Assembly: GCF_964204645.1 (NCBI RefSeq)
Contig: NC_134026.1
Coordinates: 3,309,950 to 3,373,949 of the forward strand
DNA: 64,000 nucleotides
Source: Tubulanus polymorphus
Taxonomy: Eukaryota > Animalia > Nemertea
Reading direction: 5' to 3'
The notes beneath the pieces are model-generated. The model saw only the letters and a program-made list of their open reading frames with translations. It was not told where the DNA came from and ran no database searches. This document shows, piece after piece, positions 42,127 through 54,153 of the stretch. Positions within the stretch are counted from its first letter, which is position 1. Each line of letters starts with the position of its first letter. A program made the position numbers and the translations under genes.

Positions 42127-43915
42127 TCAAGGGAAAACCTCATCGCAATCGGATTGTGCCACGGTATTTTGACGAACTGCTCCAGACAATGACACGTTCC
42201 TTACACCATCATTCAGTTCGTCGGGAGTTCTTGCACAGGAATTATAGTCTCTTTTAACGTTGAAATACGCATCCCTCGTAATTGAATTATTCGGTGTATG
42301 TCGTCTGGCAGCTCGCATAAATATTAAACCTATCTTGGTCGTCTGCGAAGCCAACGGCGTGTCGATTTGCGAAATCTTTTCACACCGGAAAATTTGTCTT
42401 AAACGATCGAATAATTCTTTGCGAAACAGGATGTACACCCACGGATCTAAAACCTGGTTTAAGGCTGCAAGACGAATTACTATCAACACCGACATATTAT
42501 CATCGTTGTCTTGACTCGGCTGAATCAGCGATATAAATATTCGAACCTGTATAAAAGGCAACGAAGTAATTAATTAGAAAGCAATCGAAATTATCATTCA
42601 AATGAATTCCTGAGCTCCGCGTGCATAGAAAGAGAATTTTCCAATTCACTACCTACACACAATGCAGTACAAAAATTGGAACTGGCTTTTATCATTTATT
42701 TGATTTTTTAATGTCAGGTATATAATGCGTCTGATTACAAAAGCCATCGCAACTAGCATTTAGCTAATTAGCCACGAAAATGAACAGAATCTACCTAGGC
42801 TTGTGTTACCCCCGAGCCTTCAAATATGTAATGCTGATTAATCTCGGTGCTCAGCAGAAGAATGATATGTCATATGTCACAAGAATACTTTAAATTATTC
42901 ATCAGATGATTTTATGTTCGATGTGTTTTATTTCAAGCATGCATGTAAATGTCAGGTTAATGCGTAATGATATCTGCGAGCCGGATGGATCTGAAAACAA
43001 ATCTAACTACTCAATTCCTTACCATTAGAGGTGCCCAGCAAATTGTGAATACAGAGGTTATTCCCACCAACAGGATCAACATTTGTAATTCAGAGTTTTC
43101 GTCGGGGATTCGTTTTGGCGGCGAACGGGGCTGTTCAATACTGAGTTCACCGATTGAAGACTCGGCGTTCGATTCTTACGGCGTCGATTCATTTTAATCA
43201 TCGTGTAAGCGACAGAAATATTGCAAATGATCGTCACCAAAATATACGCGAACCCAAAACTGCAATAGATATAATCGTATATTCTTTCCTGAATAGATTG
43301 CGTGTCTGTAAACCTGATGAAACACCAAGTGCCCGGAAAATGACGAACATTAGAACCGAAACCGACAATTGGTAAAGTGGCTAGCAGAAGCGAAACGGCA
43401 GTAATGGCTATTATGATGTATTTTGATTTGTCGTGGGTCAGGTGCCGCTGGCAAACAAACGGATGGCGAAGAGCGATGTATCTTTCCACAGCCATCGCGC
43501 AAATTATTTGCATAGCCATCAAACCCGAAAATATCATCACAAAAGAGAAGTAATCGCAAAGTTCCTGCCCTGCCGGCCATACCAAATTGTTCAAGTACGT
43601 CACCACGACTACCGGGGTCGTGGCGAGCTGCCCCAACAGGTCCACTACTGTCAATGTAGCGACCAACGTGTAAAAAACAGTCTTTCTGAATTCGCGAGAC
43701 GTTTTACACAATACTCCCAAAGCGCAACTATTACCGAAAACTCCGACGGCACATAGCACGATCGAAGGAATCAACGATATAAAACAATCGTCAATCGTTT
43801 CGACAGATTTATTACCAGATTTACCGCCAATAACACTCGCGTTAGTAGAATAAACAAAACTTCCATTCAGATGTCCAAACGTTACCGTCCTCTCCGAACT
43901 ATTCCCGACACGCAT
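42127..43915 (-). pseudogene. Prostanoid (EP-like) receptor paralog A with a frameshift in ICL3; exons 43915-43023 and 42546-42127 (pseudogene, loss-of-function allele or assembly indel)
   Basis: GVFGNSCAL, MAVERYIALRHP and FPGTWCF are in one frame, which stops at 43076. TM6 (SELQMLILLVGITSVFTICWAPLM|GTAAG) is in the -1 frame. Exon 2 is intact: RLAALNQVLDPWVYILFR. Confidence 0.7.
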
Positions 43916-45125
43916 ATTAACGAGTTATTTATTGGCTTCGATTGACATTCAACAAATTGACAGCACAGCGCGCTAAGATCATCCCCGATGAAAAAGATTC
44001 GCCTCGTATTAGTCGATCCATTGACGGCAAGTGAATGACCATCGATATTTGCGGCCGTTCGTTCGCGGTGCATTCAGCTTGGCTGGACATGCATTCCATG
44101 TACATGCAAACGCATATTTCATAGTTTAATGACACCCACGTGACCAGATTAGATTACAAAATCGCATAATCCGATGCTGCCGATTTAACGTAATTCATGT
44201 TCGACTATAGGACTATAGGACAACAAGAGCGAAAACAACTGCAACGATGCGGGCAATGGCACGTACTAATATATACATATAGAATCATCCTGGGTCCTGT
44301 TTCACTGGTTTAATAGTAAGCCATCCAAGACCAACCAAGTAAACTTCAACATTAGAATCCAATCAAACACAAAACCCCAAATTCGATTCAATTTCGTTTC
44401 GACCAATTAACAATATTCAAATACAGATCATCGTGAACTACCTAGTATTTGACGCGACGTCACCGTCCTGTCCAAACAATGCTGCTGCAACCCGTAGAAA
44501 ATTATCATTGTAGATACATCCACGTTTTATACATGGTAACGACGTAAAGGTAATTTGCCATCATGTAACGTGGAATTATGCGTCATTATATACGCTGGGA
44601 TACTTGTAATTTAAAGATACGTATGATACCGGTATATCTTGCTGTTATAGGTTACGTGTTTGTTGCCTCCCAAAATATTGATGTTGGATCCAAAATAATA
44701 TGTCACTAATAAACGCGATTGATGTAGACAAACTCAAATATAAAGAACAAGATAATCTATTAAAATCAACAAGAATATTTATTGGACGGTTAGCATAAGT
44801 TTATATCAAATGCCAAAAATAAATTCCCTTTTTTGTGATTCTTAGCGACAGAAATATTTCGCTTCCGTAGTTTCGCGAGTCGAATAAAAAAGCTATTTTA
44901 CAAATCAAATAATTCAAATACATTCTTATACGACGAAGAAGCATATTTTGGAAATCTATATTTTCGAAGCTTTTTTATCGAGAATAAAACTATCGGGACT
45001 AAAATAATTCGGGAAATCATAGGACAACGTCGAGGGGACATAAGAACAAAAACATTTATCAGAATTTTCTGTAAGTAACACACCTCTTATGTACGGATAC
45101 TTTCCGGTGAAATGATAAGGCTTTG

Positions 45126-48082
45126 CTACACGAAATTTTCTTTTACCATTTTTCTATCATTGTCATGGAGAACTAATGCCACGTCATGTTTTGGACTACA
45201 TGTTGTTAATACTTTAGTGGTGACGTAAGACATCGAAAACTGTCGTCTGTGGGTTTGATTTTGTTGTACGCAAACGCACAGTATCGATGACGTCAGATCA
45301 GCCGATGATTCTTCAGATGATTCCGTACAACTGTCATTTTTCAGGTTCCTATTCGCTGCTTGTTGTTGGATCGAATACTTATTCGGTGTTGAACCTATGT
45401 TATCGCTGTCGTCTAACATATTAACCTGTTCTCTAGCACAACTATCGTTTTGAACGCTATTTCGTGATTTTTTATCTTTTACACAAGATTGTCTCCTCGT
45501 TTTTCGCTTTTCTTTCATTAAGATTTTTACCACCCGCGACCTGGCGCCATATCTCGACGGACACAGCGCCTTTTTCAGGCGCATCAAAAGTTCTTTTCGG
45601 AAGAGAATATAAATCCAGGGATCTAACACCTGATTCAGGGAGGCCAGACGTATCACAATTAATACGGATATTTTGTCATTTGGTCGCGGATTGATCAGCG
45701 TGATGAGAATACGCACCTGCAATCAAAAATTTTTGATAAGATTAGAAAATGCCGAGTTCAAGATTAGACAACATTTTAGATATTCAATCGGGGCAATGAA
45801 AATATTCGAGGTATGTCAAATAGCGGGTGAAAATAAACTGGCGCAGTAAATCGAGCTTTGTTTGACCTCGGGAATCAAAACGAACATTTAATCCCACTGA
45901 ATAAACTCTTTGTGTCGGCATGTTTTGATATATTAAAACTATACTAATGCGGTAAATCGTATACTGAAATGAATATGGAAAATATTTTAATCGACCTCGA
46001 CGGATTCGGTTTAAACGTTATCAAGCGAGGGATGCCTTTTTACATTTTTTACGATTTCATTAGAAATATGTTCAGGAAGAACGAAATACTTATATCGACC
46101 TCGGTGGATTCAGTTTATAAGTGATGTATCAACCGAGTGATGTTTAGATGATGTCTTTTTATTTACCAACAAATTTCATGATTTCATTGGAAATATTTCA
46201 ATAAAAGAACAACGACGTATTTTTCTTATTTACAAACACTTTTTACGAATATTATTACATGTAGAAATATTTTCAAAAAGAAGGAAATATTTTTCCACCC
46301 ATATTTCGCACTTTTCTGTATTTAATGGCGAAAAAGATCGTATATTCAAGTAAACGATTATGACGCAAATTGGACGTGAAGAGAAAAAAGCAATTTCAGT
46401 TGTGGCGATGTTTCGGTAATAGCCGAGACGATATGTCCTCTCAGCAGCCGCTGTCAAGATTAACCTTCGATATTAACATGTTGACTTACATCGGTCACCT
46501 GTTTCATAGACGTTACAATCATACGTCACAGTAGAGAGCTAAATCAACATATGGGACCTGATCGGATTTGATAGATATCGTCTGCGGATAAGCCATTAGC
46601 GACCACCGCACTGATTTATACGATAGATTAAACCAAATACGATAATTTACATGGAAGCACATCGTAACTTACCTACCGGATGAAGTTAATGCATATTTGT
46701 CAAAGGTATTAGGGACAGGTGGCAAGAATATACGAACGAATGGATGAAATATAAAGATTGGAGATACCGGATGAACTTTTAAATGTCGCTTTTAAATTGA
46801 TAACCGATGTCGACGGATGATCATACCATTCATCACGCAAACTCTATTTCCCCGATCTATCTGACCCTGGTTCTACTTTGTTTCTTCGTTAGATCATGAA
46901 CATATAGATATAAGAGTTGATATGGTCAGATACGATGTAAAAACTGTTTGCTATGAGAAGGTGACAACATCCAAAATGAAGCCAAAAAACTGCAGCCCGG
47001 GCTATACCTAATTGGTACCAGAGTATATATAAATACTTTCTTTTGTAAGATAACATTGTTACGAATAAAAGGTCTTTCTTGTTGCTTACCATGAGTGGAG
47101 ACCAGCAAATCGTGAATATACTAGTAATTCCAGCTAATAGAATCAACATTTGCAGCTCCGAGTGGTCGCAGGCTCTATCCCGTTTGGGCGCATTTCCGCC
47201 GATCTCGGTGAGATGTGACTGGACGCTCATCGAACGTTTCTGGCGACTTCGACACATCTGTAACATCGTCAATGCCACGGATAGGTTACACATAATTGTC
47301 ACAAGAATCAAAAATATACCGAAGCAGCAGTAAGCATAATCGTAGGCTTTCTCGATAATTGACTGCGTGTCTATAAATCGTATAAAGCACCAAGTCCCCG
47401 GAAATTGCCTAGCGTTCGAGCCGATACCGATACTGGGGAAGAGTCCGAAGATAAATGCGACGCCCAGAATAGCAAATATCACATATTTTGATTTGTCGTA
47501 GGTGAGGTATTTCTGGCTGACGAAAGGATGTTTAAGAGCCAGGAATCGTTCGATCGACATCGCGCAAACCACCTGCAAAGTTGTTAACCCGGCAAACAAC
47601 ATCACAAACGAAAAATATTCACAGAGTGCTTGACCACCAACCCATTGGAAATTGTTCACGTAAGTTAATATAACGACAGGTGTGGTTGATAACTGTCCCA
47701 ACATATCAACGATAGCCAAAGTAGCTACCAACGTATAGAATACCGTCCGTCTTCGCTCCCGTTTCGCTCGACTTAAAACAAAAAGCGCTAGAGAATTTCC
47801 CAAAACTCCGGCCACGCACATCGCAATAGGCGATAACAACGAAACGAGTTTCTTCTCCGACGCTTTTATAGTTACGTTACCGTCAGGGGTGATCCAAGAA
47901 TGGTTCAAATCATCGTTTTTCACCGGTGGAGCCATCATTAAAAGACTATCGTTGATGAACAATAGCGAATGATCTCTTTCTTCGATGTACCTATCACCAT
48001 CGTCGTCGTACAGCGGTTCGTCTGCCGGCGGAGCTGATGCTGAATCGACCTGTAAATTATCGTCGAAAGTGAAATTCTCCAT
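45126..48082 (-). CDS. Prostanoid (EP2/EP4-like) G-protein-coupled receptor paralog B; exons 48082-47090 and 45716-45126
   Basis: GVLGNSLAL, MSIERFLALKHP, ECL2 QFPGTWCF, intron at the end of TM6 (ICWSPLM|V, the conserved prostanoid-receptor position), TM7 RLASLNQVLDPWIYILFR. Confidence 0.92.
45990..46210. repeat. Diverged tandem duplication (two ~100-bp copies) in the receptor B intron
   Basis: ATCGACCTCG..GGATTC.GTTTA..TATCAA.CGAG..GATTTCATT.GAAATAT..AAGAAC occurs at ~45990 and ~46094. Confidence 0.6.
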
Positions 48083-50007
48083 GATGTCTATCAAATTAGC
48101 GCAGCTTCGTTAGTGGACTGTTTAGCGGGAAAAAATGAAAACGAACCGAGCACAGACCAGTCACACGAGACGCTCTCGCGTTAGCTGCCTCGTTGCGTGT
48201 TACTGTGCAGCAGTACTCCGTTCTCATAAATGTCACATAATACTTGACAGTATAAACACTGTACTAACACAATTAATTATAGAGTTTCACGCGGAGATAA
48301 TTTTAATATATAAACGTGACCCCGCCGATTTTGTGAATAATTGTTCCGGACTAACTGACCATTACGTAATAATCTTGATTAACGTCCTGTGAATTAATTC
48401 ATTACATTATATATATACAAACCCTGGCAGGCGAGGACTCATCTGTTTTCCGTATATCGCTTAATCCGCTTAATTGAATGCATGTATGTATATAACCGAA
48501 TTATATGTTTTGTGACGTTTATATACACGAACCAGCTGGTAAACAATGATAACGATTTGCTAACCCATCGGTCAGGTTATCACAACGCGGAAGGTTAGTT
48601 AAACAGTAAAAACCAAAAGTTAATTGGCAATCGAATACAGAATTGACAGCTAGCAACTGATATGAGCCTTCAGGAATCCTATATAATTTACGAACGCCAA
48701 AACTCTCACGTGTTCTATGCAAGGTCGATCACGAGACAAAAGCACTTTCACTCTTGACGATTGACTTATGATATATATATATATTCCGACATGAACTATT
48801 TTCGCTTTTTAAGCTTCGGTTAAAATGATATATCCAAATGCAAATCCTAATGCGTAAATGAGAGGAAGCGAGTACACACACCGGTTGGTATACAAAGACA
48901 TAAATGTTTCATTTGTTATCGAGATACTTCGTGACATCTCGAGGCGCCTAAAGAGAATCGTTATTCAAGAAAAACACCACTCTACATTCGATTAGACAAT
49001 AAAATAGACTCGAATAGTTTCCCGTATGGATTTAGTGACAATCCTGTTTAATGCACGACTGCGTTATTTGGCAATTTTCTCGTGAGCAGACGAATTAAAA
49101 GCTAAACGACGATGGTTACTAGTTCATTATTAATGGCATTCGTTTTTGAAGCCCCTGGGGATATCACCTACAGCTTCGTCGCCTGTTCGGAGAAATGAAT
49201 TGATCGAATTGCTTTGTTTTGAAACCAGATATAGTATAGCATTCGCTGTGAGTACGACGGAATCTTTTGGGCGGGGTTGAATGTAGTATTTATCCAGTTT
49301 TCCTGCAAGCGGAAGCTTTCGTATAGGCACATTACTATGAATACGGATGTTAATGAAAAATGAATTAGTACGAAGCGAAATAATTCATTATTAGCCGTTA
49401 CATCGTAGACTCACTCAACTACCGATGACCGAAAAGTTGGAATATGAAATCATAGGACGGGTTTTTAGCTTTGGGCGAATGGATGGAGTCTCTCGTTAAA
49501 TGTCTATATGTCTATGTCTCTATGTCTCGTTGCGAGCCGCAAGAATACAATTCTCCTCCTAACGAATGACCTTGATCTAAAGTTCAAAAGTTCTGCCCTA
49601 ATATCAGATGTACTTCAATGTTGATCTAGAATAAGAATTGTACTCCAGCACAATGTCAAACACGTTTGGACTCTGCACTATCATTATCTTCGTGTTTCTC
49701 GATTGAACGTGTTATGAACTCATTCATACACTAATGAACTGACCGAAATAATGTACAATTGATGTGAATTAAGAATAATCATTGTAAAGGTGAATTTCAT
49801 AGTTCATTTGCTTCCTTGTGACACTAGAATTCCCTAAAACGCCAGAATTTCGCCAATAACATACGGTTTGTTCTATTATTGAAATATCAAAACCCCATCT
49901 TAAGGCAATTCAATCTATTATTCCGAATGGAATTAATGAGTGCTTCTACGAGTAACTAAAATATCAGTTGCTAAAGGTATGCCAGTCTTATGACGCGATT
50001 ATCTACG

Positions 50008-50242
50008 AGACCGCAAGCGACGATTTCCCGTCCTTTTGATTTACTGTACCATAAGGTGCTGCCGCTATGCTCATCGTTAGCGGATCTTTCATACACTAAT
50101 ATGCACTTACTGTGGCATTCGAAGGCAGTACATTGCCAGAGCTGGTTCATGTTAGTGTTAGTAAACTCCGCTAACGATGAGCATAGCGGCAGCACCTTAT
50201 GATACAGTAAGTCAAAAAGACGTGAATCGTCGCTTGCGGTCT
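50008..50242. mobile_element. Near-complete palindromic (fold-back) element
   Basis: AGACCGCAAGCGACGATT..CATAAGGTGCTGCCGCTATGCTCATCGTTAGCGGA is mirrored by TCCGCTAACGATGAGCATAGCGGCAGCACCTTATG..AATCGTCGCTTGCGGTCT. Arms are ~110 bp around a short loop. Confidence 0.8.
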
Positions 50243-53200
50243 ACCAGTGAGTGAAAAAACGAAATGAAAAGTTTTGAAAATTACATTCCTCAGTTGTACA
50301 ACCGTTCAACTAACAATCGTTATGGCTTAAACATGTTCCAATTTTCCAAACACAGGTAGATTTTCAATGAAAGGCCAAATGTGCAACCGATAACTATGTT
50401 CAGTTGTTTTTCTTTTCGAATTGATTTCTTTTCTTTCACGCACATTTTCTTTTTATCCCTGAGAGGACTGATTGTATTTCAACAGCGTATCATATCCGTA
50501 CGCTCGGCTTATATTCATACACCATTAATTCAAATAGGGAGTTTTAGCAAAGATACACGTTAAACCGTATCTTATGCCTACATGTATCATATCATACCTT
50601 GTGCGAGTTTTTTTATATCAATCCAAATCATCAGCGATGCAGCTAATCGATGACAGTCGAAAGAGCAGCTTATATCGGCCTATCTCGTCTTCATACTTGA
50701 ATACGAATCGCCGGTCTGTCATAACGCTTACCTAGCGATTCATTCGAAAAGGTTTAAAAGAAACACCTGTAGCACATCTTCCATCTAGCTACAATATTGG
50801 CCATTCACCTTCCATCGCGAAGCATCTTGCTCGCTGTTACAAAGTTTCACTGTTGTGCCTTAACTCTGAGGCCAGATGCAGTCATGGTTTAGCTTTAAGA
50901 CAAGTCAAGATCCCCTTTGATTCATAGCTTATCTGACAACTTTATGATGGTCTCATGGAGTTCTAAGTCAAGACTACACAAGCTGTAGATCCTCATCGCG
51001 AAGCAACCAGTCATAGATGTCAACCTGTCTGTATGCTCGTTATATCAACCTCAGTCACAAATCCAAACGCGATTTGAAGAAAAAAAAACAAATGTTTGTG
51101 TATTTTTTGCTTTATTCATTCATACTTTTTAGTTCACAATATTGGAATACAAATCGTTAACAAAGGGGGAACTATATAAAAATACACTATACGTACAACA
51201 ACGACTTAAATTTGCCAGATCTAAATTCTTCCTTTAAGCTCAATTCAACTGACACAGAATCAACAACCCCCAATCATTGACCCCCTACTGACCGTTGGAC
51301 CTAACGATATACAATTTGATTTTTCTATTCATGAAAAAAAAAAACAACTAAACAATAGAAATCAATGACGATCTAAAAACTCATTCATCTTCGTAAATAA
51401 CTACTAACCATTCCTCCTCGCATACCAGTGCCTGTGTCTCAGATGTAACGGAATAAAATACTACATTATAATAATACACTACCGGTAATGAACGTTTTTC
51501 TAGGGATGAAATACAACAAATTCAATCAATAATCATTATTTCATCATCAAATACAGTGAATACTAATTGTGTATACCTATATATATATGTATGTTTTACA
51601 CTATTTTTTCATATTTAACACAAAGTATTTGTTAATATAATCAGATAAATATAATATTTTTTCCTTATTCAGTTATTTGTTTGTACACATCACAGACAGG
51701 TAAAACAAGCATTATCATCAGATTCAGATTCATAGCGCAATTGTTTCATCAAGCAAGTTAAAACGTACACTCAGCACATTGAATTAACGCCGCGGGAATA
51801 GTCAGTCCACCGAATGGTATCATAAATTATAGATATTTACAACTCTAAAAAAGATATATTATCTCCATGCGGGGAATGCTCTCGAGTTTAAATTGATATT
51901 CAAATCTCTTAATAATTCAACTCCGATAAAACATTACATCAATGAAAATACATAGTATATATATATATATATATGAATGAGTTTGGAATGGGTTTTATTG
52001 GTGTTTTTTTTATCTATCACAGATCGTGAGGAAGTGCCTTTATTAAGCTTCATAAAAAGAGTCCATTTAATCTACAATTGTGAAAAATCTATATGTTCTG
52101 CACTATGTTTATTTCCAAAATCGTAAACACCAATTAGATTTATTTTCGGACATCGACGCAATTATATCGACATTCATTTGGCCTCGAAACAAACGATAAT
52201 ACATGCTGCTGGTACAATCACTTAATCTCCATACATGATGGAAGTTTACTGCACCGGTTACCTAGGAATGGAATCGTTTGAAAACAATCAAATTCTACCA
52301 TGAGCGAAAACACTAAAATATCTCTGGCCGAATAAAACTATATAAAATGGGTTCATCTCAAATCAATCTCAACTCGGATGCTGAAAATCGATATATTGTT
52401 TTTTTAATGTCTTAAATTGTAAAGCAGTCAGTCACGACATTGAAATGAACCCCGCGAAAAACTTTTCCACTAGATTATCCACTAATAAGTATATATTTAA
52501 AATATCTCTTTTCAAAAAACAGAAATTAAACTATAGATAGATTCTTCATTGGACACGAGTCACTCAACAAATCAAAAAAATAACTACTGATAAGCGTTGA
52601 TAGCCTATTCGTCTGTCCAAGTTTAAGGTCAAGAGGAGCAGACAGCGTTTTAAATAATTTACACTATTCACATAAAATGACAAAACTACTATCTACATGT
52701 TCCAGCAAACCAGTTGCCATAACATTGATTAATTCATTCATTCTAGACAAATATATAACTAACCAGTTGTCTGATCGACAGACAATATATCGATAAATAA
52801 AGTATTATAGCCCCTTGAGCCTCTTGAAAACTAATATCTTTAATGTGTACGTAAGGCGAAAGCAGCCAAACTCTGGTTTTACTTTCTATCGATGAATGAA
52901 GCCGATGAAAGTATAATAGGTCTATTTGAAGAGAAAACTAAATTTCACGGTTTCTTTATTTGTCAGTTCAGGTTTTGTTGTATGATGTTTTCAGTTTAGT
53001 CATAAGACGTACTGGTATTCATTCATGGCAGGCATGTCGTTTATACATATATACTGAATATGAAGCTGGTTTCGTTGATGAGCGATGCATCATATTCAAT
53101 TGTCTGTATTTAGAGCATATTTGGAATATTAGAGAAAATCATTTGCTAAAATAGTGTCGACGTTAAGGCAAAATTCAGAATACACTGCTGTTAGATTCTA

Positions 53201-54153
53201 AACGACTAAACTCTCACTTCACAATGATCAAACTGATGATTAAGTTGATTCAGGTCGCGCGATTGATGCAAATGGTAATGTTTTTTTCTATGGTACTAAT
53301 GGTTCTAAATGGTACTAATTGAAGTATCTTATAGAAATGATGGCAGTATTGAGTTTTCATTTTCTGAATCTTGTCACTACAGATCTTGTTATATATTCCT
53401 TATGGTGTACGACAATATTGTCCTACTTTTACCATACCCGCTGAATGTTACCATATTTAAGAATAGCCATCTTGAAATTTTCTTTCATATGCTTCACTAC
53501 ATTACGCACTAACTGACAATTATGATGATGAATGCACAGCAATAATGTTAACATAGCACCTTTATGTTTAGTGCGCCGTTATAATCATCAGTCACATTCT
53601 CAATTTCAAGTCCACCGTCGTATTAAGAACTTCGCTGATTTATGGTACAAACGACAAATGAATGCTGTTATTTTTGCAAATACAAGACAAGATTTCTTCC
53701 GGTAGTTACGATTACGGAAACCGGTAATCAGCGGCAGTTCTCGTTACGAAATCATTTCCGAAATAATTGCCGAAGTTCATGACAAACAAAGATCATTATC
53801 GCTACTCGAAATTTCTCATTTTTAGATCAATCATCTCTCGTATAACACAATAATATCATCATTCATTTACCTGATATTCCGGTTACAGTTATTACTCCAT
53901 TTCTCTGCCCGAACAAGAATTTGGAATATTTAATGAATTTGCATTTCCAATGGCTTTGGCAAGTGAAAATGGTCAAAGCCATCGGAAATCACCACCTATA
54001 GATCAGCAAAAATTCATACATATCGAACATAATTTTCTTTTTGAAAAGCACATAACAAAGGTCCGTTCATAATTTCCTGCATTCTTTTGACAATGTCTTT
54101 ATCCTTAATTCTATGTACAAATACTGTTGTTTCTCCGATGAGTTGGTTGAGGA

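Noticed and set aside
49971-50202. Two mirror-image ORFs sharing LPLCSSLA and SANDEHSGSTL
   Set aside because: Artefact of the DNA palindrome.
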